NCBI GenBank assembly: GCA_023663265.1
Contig: JAMPHV010000004.1
Location: 410-64,409, forward strand
Reading direction: 5' to 3'
Source of the DNA: Bacteroides sp.
GTDB lineage: Bacteria > Bacillota > Clostridia > Oscillospirales > Ruminococcaceae
DNA length: 64,000 bases
Below, piece by piece: positions 10,772 to 21,168 of this stretch. Numbering within the stretch: the first letter of the stretch is position 1; each line of letters starts with the position of its first letter. The notes under the pieces were generated by a model. That model was not told the origin of the DNA, did no database searches, and saw only the letters and a list, made by a program, of their open reading frames with translations. A program made the translations under genes and the position numbers.

Positions 10772-12427
10772 TTAATCCTTAAAAACCGCGCCAGTATTGG
10801 AGCTTGTAACAAGCTGCGAATACCTCTTAAGATATCCGTCAAGCTTCTTGGGAGGAAGTATGCCTTTTTCTCTGCGCTTGGCTATCTCCTCGTCGTCTAC
10901 CAAAAGCCGTATGCTTCTGTTTGGTATATCTATCTGTATCTTATCGCCGTTTTCCACAAAAGCGATAAGACCGCCCTCGGCAGCCTCGGGAGATACATGA
11001 CCGACCGCAGCGCCTCTGCTGGCGCCGCTGAAGCGTCCGTCCGTGATAAGCGCAACGGAGCCGTCGAGACCCTTTCCCACGATAGCCGCGGTAGGCGCAA
11101 GCATTTCGGGCATTCCGGGTCCTCCCTTTGGACCCTCGTACCTGATGACCACAACGTCCCCTGCTTGGATATCCCCTCCGAGGATAGCGTCAACCGCCGC
11201 CTGCTCTCCGTCGAACACCTTTGCGGTACAGGTGGTGTTCATCATTTCGGGCTTGACCGCGCCCTGCTTTACCACCGCTCCGTTTTCAGCAAGATTTCCC
11301 GTAAGAATAGCTATGCCGCCGTCCTTGCGTATAGGTGAATCGTATTTGTGAACGATAACTCCGTCCGCGTCCCTCGCGGCGTTTATCCTTTCCCGCTGAG
11401 TGCCCGTTACCGTAAGCACCTCCGAATTTATCGCCCCCGCCTTGTCTAACTCCTTAAGCACGGTCTGAATACCTCCAACGGCGTTTAAGTCCTCAATGAA
11501 CACATCGCTGGCAGGATTAAGCTTAGCTAACTGCGGCACCTTTCTGCTTACGGAATCTATATCCGAAAGAGAGATATCTATTCCTGCCTCATGAGCAATT
11601 GCCAAAAGATGCAAAACGGTATTGGATGAGGCTCCTATCGCCATATCGGTAGCAAGAGCGTTTATCATATTGTTTCTTGTAAGGATATCCTTTGCTTTTA
11701 TATCCTGTTTATAAAGCTGTACTATACGTTCTCCCGCTTCCTTGGCTATTCTTCTCCGCGCGGAATTTACCGCCGGCTCGGTTCCGTTAAAGGGAAGAGC
11801 AAGCCCGATAGCCTCTGTGAGACAGTTCATGGAATTTGCCGTATACATTCCCGAACAGCTTCCGCAGGTAGGACAGGCGTTGTCCTCATAATCCTTTAAA
11901 ACATCGCTGCCTATCTTTCCGTCCGTATACTGCCCTATCGCCTCGTATATTTCGCTGTACCCGACTCTTTTTCCCCGAACACAGCCCGCCTTCATCGGTC
12001 CGCCGCTTACGAATATCGAGGGCAGGTTAAGCCTTGCCGCCGCCATTATCATTCCCGGAACGATCTTGTCGCAGTTCGGTATAAACACAATGCCGTCCAA
12101 GGGGTGAGCGGTAAGCATGACCTCTATGCTGTCCGCAATAAGCTCTCTCGAAGCCAGGGAATAGCGCATGCCCTTATGATTCATCGCCAGACCGTCGCAA
12201 ACGCCGATAGTGAAGAACTCGAAAGGGACGCCTCCCGCGTTTCTTACGCCGTCCTTTACGCACCTTGATATTTCATGCAGATGACTGTGACCGGGCACAT
12301 AATCGCTGGCTGCGCACACCACCGCGATAAAAGGTCTGTCCATTTCGCTGTCGGTAACGCCCAAAGCCTTTAACAAAGCCTTGTGCGGCGTTCTGTCAAC
12401 TCCGTTTTTTATTAAATCGCTTCTCAT
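10772..12427 (-). CDS. ilvD: Dihydroxy-acid dehydratase
   Basis: [44 protein letters not shown] motifs. Confidence 0.97.
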   Translation of the reverse strand: MRSDLIKNGVDRTPHKALLKALGVTDSEMDRPFIAVVCAASDYVPGHSHLHEISRCVKDGVRNAGGVPFEFFTIGVCDGLAMNHKGMRYSLASRELIADSIEVMLTAHPLDGIVFIPNCDKIVPGMIMAAARLNLPSIFVSGGPMKAGCVRGKRVGYSEIYEAIGQYTDGKIGSDVLKDYEDNACPTCGSCSGMYTANSMNCLTEAIGLALPFNGTEPAVNSARRRIAKEAGERIVQLYKQDIKAKDILTRNNMINALATDMAIGASSNTVLHLLAIAHEAGIDISLSDIDSVSRKVPQLAKLNPASDVFIEDLNAVGGIQTVLKELDKAGAINSEVLTVTGTQRERINAARDADGVIVHKYDSPIRKDGGIAILTGNLAENGAVVKQGAVKPEMMNTTCTAKVFDGEQAAVDAILGGDIQAGDVVVIRYEGPKGGPGMPEMLAPTAAIVGKGLDGSVALITDGRFSGASRGAAVGHVSPEAAEGGLIAFVENGDKIQIDIPNRSIRLLVDDEEIAKRREKGILPPKKLDGYLKRYSQLVTSSNTGAVFKD

Positions 12428-12482
12428 TTTTTACACTGCCTTTCTTCTTTGATTATAACATATTTAATATGACAACAGTATG

Positions 12483-13448
12483 TCACATTTGATCGGAATA
12501 CTGTCTGCCTAAAAGCGCCGCACCTATTATGCCCGAATTATTTCCGAGCTTGCACAGCACTATTTCGGTATTTTTACTGCTGTTTTTTGAATAGACCTCT
12601 TTGGAAATGCGTTCCTTAAGGGGCTTTAAAAGATTATCCCCCTCGTTGCTGACTCCGCCTCCGATACAGAGGATATTCGGCTGAAAAACGTTTATTGTGT
12701 TTATGATACCGCAGGACAGGTTTTTTATGAACCGATCCACTATTTCCTTCCCTGCCCTGTCGCCCTCTCTCGCGGCGTTGAACGCCGTTCTTCCGCTGAC
12801 CCTGCCCTCTTTTTCCGCCAACCTTACCATTAAAGAATCGGGATTTTCCTCGATCGCCCGCTTGGTAAACCTTACAAGGGCGGTAGCCGAGCAGTATGTC
12901 TCAAAACAGCCCTTTCTGCCGCAGGTGCACTGCTCCCCGTCAACGTTAATGACCGTATGACCTATTTCGGCTCCCGCGTAATTGGAGCCGCTGAATATTT
13001 TTCCGTCAATTATTATTCCCGCGCCGAGACCTGTTCCCAAGGTGATAACAACGGCGCTGGCGGTCCCCTTTGCCGCTCCCGCGTAGTATTCGCCAAGAGC
13101 GGCGGCGTTGGCGTCGTTTTCTATGTATGCGGGTATGCCCAAAGCGTCTCCGACGTATTTTTGAAGCGGTACGTTTTCCCATTTGAGATTATTGGCGTAT
13201 TCCACCAAGCCGCTCTCAATATTGCAGGTGCCCGGACAGCCCATTCCGACCCATTCAATATCCCGCATGGAAAGCTCCGCTTCGCGCACCGCCAGCTCGC
13301 CCGCAAAAACTATATCCCGCAGGACCTCCTCATGTCCGCGCGCGGAGTTGGTCTTGACCTTGCTTCTTGAGACAATGTTAAAGCCCTCGTCCACTACGCC
13401 TGCCGCAATATTTGTTCCGCCGATGTCGATCCCCAATGAATACTTCAT
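12483..13448 (-). CDS. ROK family sugar kinase (glucokinase-like)
   Basis: GIDIGGT, ENDANAAA, GTGLG, GEIGH, CTCGRKGCFE. Confidence 0.93.
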   Translation of the reverse strand: MKYSLGIDIGGTNIAAGVVDEGFNIVSRSKVKTNSARGHEEVLRDIVFAGELAVREAELSMRDIEWVGMGCPGTCNIESGLVEYANNLKWENVPLQKYVGDALGIPAYIENDANAAALGEYYAGAAKGTASAVVITLGTGLGAGIIIDGKIFSGSNYAGAEIGHTVINVDGEQCTCGRKGCFETYCSATALVRFTKRAIEENPDSLMVRLAEKEGRVSGRTAFNAAREGDRAGKEIVDRFIKNLSCGIINTINVFQPNILCIGGGVSNEGDNLLKPLKERISKEVYSKNSSKNTEIVLCKLGNNSGIIGAALLGRQYSDQM

Positions 13449-13462
13449 AGTAAGCTCCGTTC

Positions 13463-14422
13463 TCAGTCAATGTCCGTAACTACCAGTTCAGCCTTGCCCT
13501 TGAATGTATATTCGCCGTACCCCGCGGGTATAAAGCAACTGTCTCCCTTTTTAAGCTCAATACCGTCTATCTCGCCGTGTCCGTCCAAAACGAGAATTGA
13601 ATTAAAGGAGTCCGTACCTGCCTTAAGCGTGCATTTTTCCTCGGTGGAAACCTTATTTACCGTAAAATATTCACATTTTGAAAGAAGCTGAACGGTACAG
13701 TCCTCCCTTTTCTCTTGTTCTCCCATTGCCCTGGCGGGATATTTCGGAGGAGTAAGCTCGGTCACCTCCACAGCCTTTTCCACATGAAGCTGGCGGGGCT
13801 TTCCGTCCGCGCCAACTCTGCCGTAATCGTAAATGCGATATGTGGTGTTGGAATTTTGCTGTATTTCCGCAATAAGGATTCCCTTTCCTATCGCGTGGAG
13901 CGTTCCCGATTCGATAAAGAAAACGTCTCCCTTGTGAACGGGTACGCTGTTGGTCACTTCAAGCAGCGTGTTGTCCTTTATTCTTCTCTTGAACTCCTCC
14001 TTCGAGATATTGTTTTTAAAGCCGTAAAGCAGCTCCGCGCCCTCGTCGCAGTCCACAATATACCACATTTCGGTTTTTCCGTACTCCCCCTCGACCCGCA
14101 GTGCGTATTCGTTGTTGGGGTGCACCTGCACCGAAAGGTTATCCTTGGCGTCTATCAGCTTGATCAATATGGGAAAATACTCGAATTTACCGCAGTTTTC
14201 GCCAAGCACTCCCTTTCCCTGCGCTTCTATGTACTCGGAAAGCGTTTTACCCGCAAAATCGCCGTTGGAAATAATGCTCTCGCCGTCCTTATGGCAGGAA
14301 AGCTCCCAGCTTTCCGCTATTTTGTCCGCCTCGGAAGTCTTGCCGTACTCCTCGCGAAGTCTGTTTCCTCCCCATATATAATCCTTACAGGGCGACTTGA
14401 GCTTCATGGGATAAAGATTCAT
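13463..14422 (-). CDS. manA: Class I mannose-6-phosphate isomerase
   Basis: DYIWGG, LSVQVHP, KTEMWY, GTLHAIG, EIQQNS cupin motifs. Confidence 0.92.
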   Translation of the reverse strand: MNLYPMKLKSPCKDYIWGGNRLREEYGKTSEADKIAESWELSCHKDGESIISNGDFAGKTLSEYIEAQGKGVLGENCGKFEYFPILIKLIDAKDNLSVQVHPNNEYALRVEGEYGKTEMWYIVDCDEGAELLYGFKNNISKEEFKRRIKDNTLLEVTNSVPVHKGDVFFIESGTLHAIGKGILIAEIQQNSNTTYRIYDYGRVGADGKPRQLHVEKAVEVTELTPPKYPARAMGEQEKREDCTVQLLSKCEYFTVNKVSTEEKCTLKAGTDSFNSILVLDGHGEIDGIELKKGDSCFIPAGYGEYTFKGKAELVVTDID

Positions 14423-14444
14423 GACCGTATACCGTTCCTTTCGT

Positions 14445-15425
14445 TTATTTATTAAATTTTTTTATCATTCTTATATCGTCTCCGTAAAAAAACAGGCTGT
14501 CCAAGGTAAGCAGACGTGAGGTGATCCTGCCCACGTACCTGCTCTGGAGCTCCGATACGGTGTAATTGGTGTTCACAACGATCGGCTTACCTGTATTCAT
14601 TCTTGTATTCAAGAGCTCGTACAGCACCGAAAGATAAAATTTTGATTCAAACTCCGCTCCAAGATCGTCTATGATCAGCAGATCACAGTCTTGAAGAAGC
14701 TGCGCCGTATCGGTGCCGACGGAGCCGTCAAAATGCTCTCTTTCGACCTTGCGGAACAGATCGGGCGCGGAGCCGTAAATAACGCTGTACCCCTTTTTTA
14801 TCACCTCGCTGCCCACCGAAAGAGAAAGGTGCGTTTTGCCCAGTCCCGTGCCGCCGCTCATTAAGATTCCGTTTGATGGCAGGTGGAAATTTTCCGCGTA
14901 TCGCTTGCAGAAGGACAAGACCTCGCTCATTATTTCCCTAATCGTCTTGTCGCCGTTCTTGTCCGCTTTGTTCGGATAATAGCTCAGATCGAACGTCTCG
15001 AAGGAGCAAAGATTAAGCGCCGAGGACGCGTTTAATTCAAGGCATTGAAATCTTTCCACGTCGCTCATAAAGCAGGTGCAGCGCTTTCCGCCGAATATTC
15101 CCGTATCCCTGCATTTTTCACAGCTGTATATCGGGTCGAGAAAGCCCTCCTTAAAGCCGCCCCTAACAAGCAAAGCTTTTATCTCCCGATTGACCGACAT
15201 ATTTTCCTTTGCTATGCTTTGAACGGCGCTTTTGGGGTCGCCGCTCGACACCAAAACCGACGCCAATTTTGCTCCGCCCGCCAAAAGCTGACGCCTCAGC
15301 TCTTTTATTTTGGGGATCCTTTCCTCAGCCAAGGCGATATTAGCCTGCTGTAATTCTCTGTTGCGGCTTTTCCTGCCGTTCAGCTCGTTTTCCGCCATTA
15401 CATAATATTTTTGCAGATAACTCAT
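14445..15425 (-). CDS. DnaC/DnaI-like helicase loader ATPase (IstB-like AAA+)
   Basis: CxxC...CxC motif, Walker A GGTGLGKT, Walker B LLIIDDLGAE; overlaps the dnaD-like gene. Confidence 0.85.
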   Translation of the reverse strand: MSYLQKYYVMAENELNGRKSRNRELQQANIALAEERIPKIKELRRQLLAGGAKLASVLVSSGDPKSAVQSIAKENMSVNREIKALLVRGGFKEGFLDPIYSCEKCRDTGIFGGKRCTCFMSDVERFQCLELNASSALNLCSFETFDLSYYPNKADKNGDKTIREIMSEVLSFCKRYAENFHLPSNGILMSGGTGLGKTHLSLSVGSEVIKKGYSVIYGSAPDLFRKVEREHFDGSVGTDTAQLLQDCDLLIIDDLGAEFESKFYLSVLYELLNTRMNTGKPIVVNTNYTVSELQSRYVGRITSRLLTLDSLFFYGDDIRMIKKFNK

Positions 15426-16417
15426 ATGTTATTATCCCTTTTCGTAGCTCTTTCGATCATCAAGCGCTCTATTTCCGCTATGTTCAAGGAAGCGTTTTCG
15501 CCCTTTTCAGCCGTTTTTGGCTTCTTATCCGCTTCAAGCTGCTCCTTCTTCTTTATTCCCTTGCCGTACCAGTCCGACAATATCTTATTCATATACTTAA
15601 ACGCTAATTTACCCGTTTGGTTCAAGGTTATCTGATACGCCTCGCTTATCATTTCGTCCTCAAAGCCGAAATCGTTTACCCACCTGTTGATGAGCTCCTT
15701 CTGCTCCTTGGAAAAAGCGGAGCTGACCTCAAACATACTTTTAAAACGTCCTACCGCGGAATCGAATCTTTTGAGCTCTTCCGCCCTTTTTTCGGCTCTC
15801 TCTATAGTGTTTATCCCCGATTCCGCCCATTCAAGCGCAACGCTTCGCATATAAGAGGGAGTGTTTTTCTTTACGGAAAAACAGTGATCCACCAATATAA
15901 GTGCGACCTCCACGGGCAGACAAACGTCCTCCAAAATTATCATAAGGGTATTTTGCTCGTTATGCTTCAAGGGTCTGCCGTACAGAGCCTCACAGTGCTT
16001 GAAAAGATAGTCCGCCTTATCGCTGCCTCTGACCGTTTTTGCTATCTCCGCAGGCGGAAAATCGGGAGCCCGCGTTAATTCTATCCTTTTGACAATGCTT
16101 TCGGTCTTAGCCGCCAAAGCGGAGGAAGCGGCGGCGCCCGTGTTCTCCGCAGTCTGAAGCGGAACAAGCTCGCCCGCGCCGTCTGCCGTAAATAATCCGC
16201 GCGCCTTCCAGAATTCTATTCCCTCCTCCACCTGCTCGGCTGACAGCGACAGCTCCTTGGCAATTGTCTCATCGTTAAAGGCTTCTCCGCTGTGCCTTAG
16301 CAGGTAAAGCAGCACCTTAAGCTCCCGTTCTCCCGCAAGCCTTATGTACCTGTCCACGATAATGTTGGGAACACAAAATATATTGTTCCAAACGCCCAAA
16401 TTGATTTTATAGTTCAT
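15422..16417 (-). CDS. DnaD domain replication initiation protein
   Basis: Two DnaD/DnaB-like repeats (YMRSVALEWAESGI; YMNKILSDWYGKGI). Confidence 0.85.
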   Translation of the reverse strand: MNYKINLGVWNNIFCVPNIIVDRYIRLAGERELKVLLYLLRHSGEAFNDETIAKELSLSAEQVEEGIEFWKARGLFTADGAGELVPLQTAENTGAAASSALAAKTESIVKRIELTRAPDFPPAEIAKTVRGSDKADYLFKHCEALYGRPLKHNEQNTLMIILEDVCLPVEVALILVDHCFSVKKNTPSYMRSVALEWAESGINTIERAEKRAEELKRFDSAVGRFKSMFEVSSAFSKEQKELINRWVNDFGFEDEMISEAYQITLNQTGKLAFKYMNKILSDWYGKGIKKKEQLEADKKPKTAEKGENASLNIAEIERLMIERATKRDNNI

Positions 16418-16461
16418 TTTATATCCTGCATATGTTTATTGATTTTTTATCGGCGCTTTTA

Positions 16462-16490
16462 ATTATATCATAAAGAAAAATTTACGTCAA
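16462..16490 (-). promoter_or_regulatory. Sigma-A promoter for dnaD-dnaC, overlapping the 3' end of the GH35 gene
   Basis: Minus strand TTGACG-17 bp-TATAAT with an extended TG. Confidence 0.75.
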
Positions 16491-18240
16491 CTTTATCATA
16501 AGGCAAAGGCTCATCTCTGAGACGAAGTCTGTCCGCCGCCTTGCCCTCCGTTTCAAACACCGTCAGAATGTTTTTGCCTTTTTTCAGAAGCGGAGCGGGA
16601 AGATACAGGCTTTTTTGAGGTCCTATCTCCCAAAATCTTCCCAAATTAAAACCGTTTATAAAAATACAGCCCTTGCCGAAGCCCGAAAAATCAATAAAGG
16701 TGTCCGCGGGCTCGTTTACTTCAAATTCAAGTCTGTAAAAAGCGGGAAGGTTTTCTCTGTAACCGCGGGTATAGTCTAATCTCTCTATCTGCTCTTCGTC
16801 AAGAGGCAGATTATATATCTCGAAGCCGTAATGTCTGTGTCCGTTGACGCACAGCGCCTTGACTATTCCCTTGCGCTGCTCTTCGAGAGTGTGTCCGAAA
16901 TTGACTCTGCCCATATTTTCAACAAGAAAATTGTATACCGCGCCTTTTTCCTCGGAAGAAATTTTCCGAGCCTCAAGAAGCTCTCTGTCGTACGCGGTAA
17001 AGATATGCCTTTGATTTTCGTAGGCGCTTATTCTGTCTCCTGCGCCGTCAAAGCGTATCTCCTCGACCCTTTCCTCGGACCTTATGCTTGTTCGGTACAA
17101 AATATAGCCCGTATCTTGATCCGTTTCCTCCATGGAAAGAGGATAAGGCGTAATAATAGGCTCCGCTAACCTATCCAGCACCGAAAACAGATCGGTTTTT
17201 TCCGTAACGTAAGCACAGCCGAAGTCGCCTCGCTTGATATCCGAATCGTACAAAGGCGGCAGGTCGTTATACTTTCCGATCACCTCGCGGAACGCCATAT
17301 ATTTTTCGGTAATTCTTCCGTCCTCGGTAAGCGGAGCGTCATAATCGTAGGAGGTAACGTCGGGAGTAAGGCGATCGTCATAATTGGAGCCGTTCATAAA
17401 ACCGAAGTCGGTGCCCCCCAAAAACATATAAAAATTTACGTTGCCGTTGGCGAGCATATAATCCAAGTCAGCCTTGTTCTTTTCAAGATCGGAGGTCTTA
17501 TGCTCTTCGCTTCCCCAAAAATCAAACCAGCCTACCCAAAACTCGGTGCACATAAGCGGCTTGTTTTCTCCTATCAGCTTTTTCAGCTCGCCGAACTGCC
17601 AATCGCAGCTTGAGCCGAAATTGCCCGTGGGAAGCGCTCCTTCAACGCAGCCCGCCTTAAATATATTTCCGCTCCATGGACCGTCCGAGGTAATAAAGGG
17701 CACGGTTACTCCCAGGCTCCTCATTTTGTCCCTCAAACATTCCAAATAAGCCGTATCGTCTCCGTAATATCCGTACTCGTTCTCGAGCTGCATAAGAATA
17801 ATATTCCCGCCCCTGTCAGCCTGGTAAGGCACAAGTCTCGGAATAAGCGCGTCATAGTAATCGCTCACATGATCGAGATAAGGCTGATAGCAGCATCTCA
17901 GCCTCATATTTCTGTCCTTGAGCAGCCATGAGGGCAGACCGCCAAATTCCCACTCGGCGCAGATATAAGGCGAGGGACGTATTATCATATAAAGACCGAG
18001 CTCCCCCGCAAGCTCGATGAAGCGGCAAATATCCCTCATGCCGTCCCATATAAATTTTCCCTTTACAGGCTCGTGAAAATTCCACGGAATATAAGTTTCC
18101 GCCGTATTGCAGCCCATAGCCTTAAGCTTTTCCAGTCTGTCCCTCCAATACTCGGGAACGGTTCTGAAATAGTGTATCGATCCGGAAATAATTTTAAAAG
18201 GCTTATTGTCCAAATAAAACCGTTCTTTTATTTCAAGCAT
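16468..18240 (-). CDS. Glycoside hydrolase family 35 beta-galactosidase
   Basis: SGSIHYFR, RPSPYICAEWEFGGLP, QLENEYG, EFWVGWFD, TSYDYDAPL. Confidence 0.93.
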   Translation of the reverse strand: MLEIKERFYLDNKPFKIISGSIHYFRTVPEYWRDRLEKLKAMGCNTAETYIPWNFHEPVKGKFIWDGMRDICRFIELAGELGLYMIIRPSPYICAEWEFGGLPSWLLKDRNMRLRCCYQPYLDHVSDYYDALIPRLVPYQADRGGNIILMQLENEYGYYGDDTAYLECLRDKMRSLGVTVPFITSDGPWSGNIFKAGCVEGALPTGNFGSSCDWQFGELKKLIGENKPLMCTEFWVGWFDFWGSEEHKTSDLEKNKADLDYMLANGNVNFYMFLGGTDFGFMNGSNYDDRLTPDVTSYDYDAPLTEDGRITEKYMAFREVIGKYNDLPPLYDSDIKRGDFGCAYVTEKTDLFSVLDRLAEPIITPYPLSMEETDQDTGYILYRTSIRSEERVEEIRFDGAGDRISAYENQRHIFTAYDRELLEARKISSEEKGAVYNFLVENMGRVNFGHTLEEQRKGIVKALCVNGHRHYGFEIYNLPLDEEQIERLDYTRGYRENLPAFYRLEFEVNEPADTFIDFSGFGKGCIFINGFNLGRFWEIGPQKSLYLPAPLLKKGKNILTVFETEGKAADRLRLRDEPLPYDKVDVNFSL

Positions 18241-18322
18241 TTCAAACCTTTACCTTTCGAGTTTCTTACTTTAATTTTAACACATACACGCTTTTTTTTC
18301 AATATTAAAACCGTCTTTTCCG

Positions 18323-18356
18323 AAAAAAATAACTGCCGTATTTCAGACAGTTATTT
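18323..18356 (-). terminator. Probable intrinsic terminator after the DUF624 gene
   Basis: AAATAACTG/CAGTTATTT inverted repeat followed by a T tract on the minus strand. Confidence 0.65.
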
Positions 18357-18362
18357 AAGTCG

Positions 18363-19262
18363 TTATTTTATGATCTTCCCGATTCCTCTCGCCTGGCTTT
18401 TTTTGCGTATTTCCGGCTCCGAGCCTCCCATATCCGTAAAAATGCGCTCCTCGTCCTCGGCTTCCTCGGGAAGCTCGGGATTACGCATACCTCTTGACTC
18501 GTAATAAGGATTTACTATATATTTTTGGATCACGGGATAGCAGTTGAAAGCATACAGAAACATAAGCCATGAAAAAGGCAGGAACGGCAGGACCACCGTT
18601 GAGAAAGGGAAAAAGAGAACGATAAGTATAATAAACGCTATCGATACCAGGAAATTGATAATATTGACCTTGATCCCCATCACAGTAAGTAAAAGAGAAT
18701 TTTTTATTATCTTGCTCAGCGGGAGCGTAAGGCTTACTATTTCAAGATAAATGTAAAAATGCGCCATAAACACGTAAACCGCAACGGCTGTGGAGATCAG
18801 TACCAAGGCAAAATTGTCCGCCGAAGGATCGGTCTCGAGAGTTTCGATATAAAACGCCGCTCCATAAAGGAAAACCGTAAAAAACAGCACATCGAATATT
18901 CCCATAGCCAACGCCTGCTTAAAATTGTTCTTAAACGCCTTCTTAAATTCGTCAAACAGGAATATAGGCTTCTCCAGCGTGAACTTTCGCATAAGCTGCA
19001 TCGCTGCCGCCGTGGCGGGTCCGAAAAGCACAAACACAGGCAAAGCGAGCAGTAAAAAATAACCGTTTCCCGTTTGTCCTATCAAAGTAAAGGCGGCAAA
19101 AACAAAAACAAGTCCGCTCAAAAAAAAGTATAGCAGATTGACCGTAAAAAGCTTCCAGAATTTAGACGCAAACTGCTCCCAAAACTTGAAAAAGGGTTTT
19201 TTCTTAGGTACGTTTTTAGCGACGCCCTTTCCCGAATTACTGTAATTATAAAAAAGTCCCAA
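18363..19262 (-). CDS. DUF624/YesL-like integral membrane protein
   Basis: Several TM helices; LFGPATAA...FKKAFKNNFKQA pattern typical of this family. Confidence 0.7.
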   Translation of the reverse strand: MGLFYNYSNSGKGVAKNVPKKKPFFKFWEQFASKFWKLFTVNLLYFFLSGLVFVFAAFTLIGQTGNGYFLLLALPVFVLFGPATAAAMQLMRKFTLEKPIFLFDEFKKAFKNNFKQALAMGIFDVLFFTVFLYGAAFYIETLETDPSADNFALVLISTAVAVYVFMAHFYIYLEIVSLTLPLSKIIKNSLLLTVMGIKVNIINFLVSIAFIILIVLFFPFSTVVLPFLPFSWLMFLYAFNCYPVIQKYIVNPYYESRGMRNPELPEEAEDEERIFTDMGGSEPEIRKKSQARGIGKIIK

Positions 19263-19374
19263 TTATATCCTGCTTTCCGCATAATATGCAATGTTTTCTA
19301 AAGTATTATACAACTTTTTTGGATAAATTGCAATAGCGGCAAGTGATAATAAGCTGAAAATTTGTAAAAATCGG

Positions 19375-21168
19375 CTATTCTACCTCAAACAAGCCGTAAA
19401 GCGTCTCATTGCCCTCCTCGCTTGAGAGATTCAGAACAACTCTGTATTCTCCCGCCTCCAGGTCCTTCCAAAAGGTGTAAACGGGCGCGTTAAAGCTGTG
19501 GGTTTGACCCGGCTCCAATATCATAGCTATCTCAATAACCGCAAAATCCTCCGTCGGAGGTATCTCCGTCCATTCGGTACCGTCGAGCTTTTCCACATTA
19601 AAGTACAAACCGTAATAATATTGGTGCTCGGTGCCGTTTTTTATCTGAAATTCGAGCCCCGTCAATTCGAGTCCTTCCGCGGTTGTATCGGTCAGTATCA
19701 TCTCAAGCTTCCCGTCCGACAGAATCGGAGGAACGGTCGTCTCCTCGTGCCGAGTGTCAATAGGAGCTTCCGTTGGGACAGACGTCTCGTCAGTATCGCC
19801 AGCATACTCCGCAGCGGATTGTACGCTCCTCAAATAACGGTCAGCCACCTTTACCATAAGATCGTTCAGCTTTTCCACTTGATAGCTCCCTATTGTGGGC
19901 TCGATATGTCCGCCGACGCTTACCCCGCTGTCGTCGGTAAGAAACAGGTAGCTTCCTCCGGTTTTCAGAGCAAAATCGCGCATAAGAAACTCCGTTTCCT
20001 TATCTCCGCCGCTGGCAAGAACGGGGATAACACGTATGCCCTTTGCGGCAGCCTGCTCCGTAAGCGTGTTCATTTGAGCGACCGCAGCGCCGTCGTCGCT
20101 GTGGGGCGGTGCGTCGAGAACGATGAACAGAAGCTTTGTGGAGCTTTCCTCCCAGCTAAGCTCGTTAATTGCGGTATGCAGAGCGGCGTTCACATTTTCG
20201 GGATAATCTCCCCCGCCCTCAGCTGTCTGATCGTTCAGATTCCGTATCGCCTCGGAAATATCCTCGGTAAAATCAAAATCACGCACCACGTAATCGTCTC
20301 CGTTATCGCGGTAAAAATCAACGCTCAGCCTTACGGGTATATTTCCGTTATCCTTGGCTACTCTTTCGATAACGCTTTCAAGCTCCTTTTGCAAATAGGA
20401 AAGCTCGTCCGACATTGAACCCGTGGTATCCACCACAAGCGCCATATCCAGCGATTTTGAAGCCCCGCGGTCCTCGGGAGCGTCTATAAGAAAGCTTACA
20501 TGATCGTCAGCCGAGGATATAACGGCTTCTCCGCCAAAATCGGCGGTCACGGTCAGTTCTCCGCGGGACAGCTCGGAAGCGCCGTAAAACAGATAAGCCT
20601 TCCCCTCGTTATCTGTTTTAGCCTGCCACAAAACCTCATTGTTGGCGTTGTAAAGAGTGATAAGAGAATTTTCAACGGGTCTGCCGTTTTGAGAGACCGT
20701 CACAAAGGTTCGGGCGCAATAGCTTCTTTGCCATATATTACGGTAGCTTTCCCAGCCCGTATCCGCTTTTTGGAACAGCTCCTGCCAAAAGCCGTAATGC
20801 TCGTTGTCTATCCATTCTCCCGCCGTGAGAGTACCCGCTGCTTCGGGAATACCGTTCCCGCCGTATATTTCCTCCCATTCGCCTTTTTCGGCATCAAATG
20901 CCTCGTCGTCAGCAATATGATCAAAGTCTCCCGCATCGCCTTCGGGAGCCATTGTTTTGTCGGCCTCGCCCAAGTCTGCGTCGTATGCCCCCTCGGCGGG
21001 TGCGATTCCGTCCGCTGCCGCGTCGGGATGAGTCGAAGCCCCTCCCGAGGGAGCAATAATCGCTCCGTTTGTCGGTGACTCTCCCGCAGCCGTCCCCTCG
21101 GACTGAGAGCAGGCGGACAGGGAAAGGGCAAGCACAAGCGCCGTTAACGCAGTCAAAACTTTTTTCAT
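19375..21168 (-). CDS. von Willebrand factor A domain lipoprotein with C-terminal Ig-like domain
   Basis: Lipobox LSAC; MIDAS VVDTTGSM; GGGDYPE and LDAPPH motifs; C-terminal beta-rich LEPGQT...GEYRV. Confidence 0.8.
   Translation of the reverse strand: MKKVLTALTALVLALSLSACSQSEGTAAGESPTNGAIIAPSGGASTHPDAAADGIAPAEGAYDADLGEADKTMAPEGDAGDFDHIADDEAFDAEKGEWEEIYGGNGIPEAAGTLTAGEWIDNEHYGFWQELFQKADTGWESYRNIWQRSYCARTFVTVSQNGRPVENSLITLYNANNEVLWQAKTDNEGKAYLFYGASELSRGELTVTADFGGEAVISSADDHVSFLIDAPEDRGASKSLDMALVVDTTGSMSDELSYLQKELESVIERVAKDNGNIPVRLSVDFYRDNGDDYVVRDFDFTEDISEAIRNLNDQTAEGGGDYPENVNAALHTAINELSWEESSTKLLFIVLDAPPHSDDGAAVAQMNTLTEQAAAKGIRVIPVLASGGDKETEFLMRDFALKTGGSYLFLTDDSGVSVGGHIEPTIGSYQVEKLNDLMVKVADRYLRSVQSAAEYAGDTDETSVPTEAPIDTRHEETTVPPILSDGKLEMILTDTTAEGLELTGLEFQIKNGTEHQYYYGLYFNVEKLDGTEWTEIPPTEDFAVIEIAMILEPGQTHSFNAPVYTFWKDLEAGEYRVVLNLSSEEGNETLYGLFEVE

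Noticed and set aside
14445-16417. DnaD + DnaC/IstB-like pair as a prophage or IS21 replication module
   Set aside because: No integrase, IstA transposase or phage genes flank it; the pair is embedded among housekeeping genes, as is usual for clostridial chromosomal copies.
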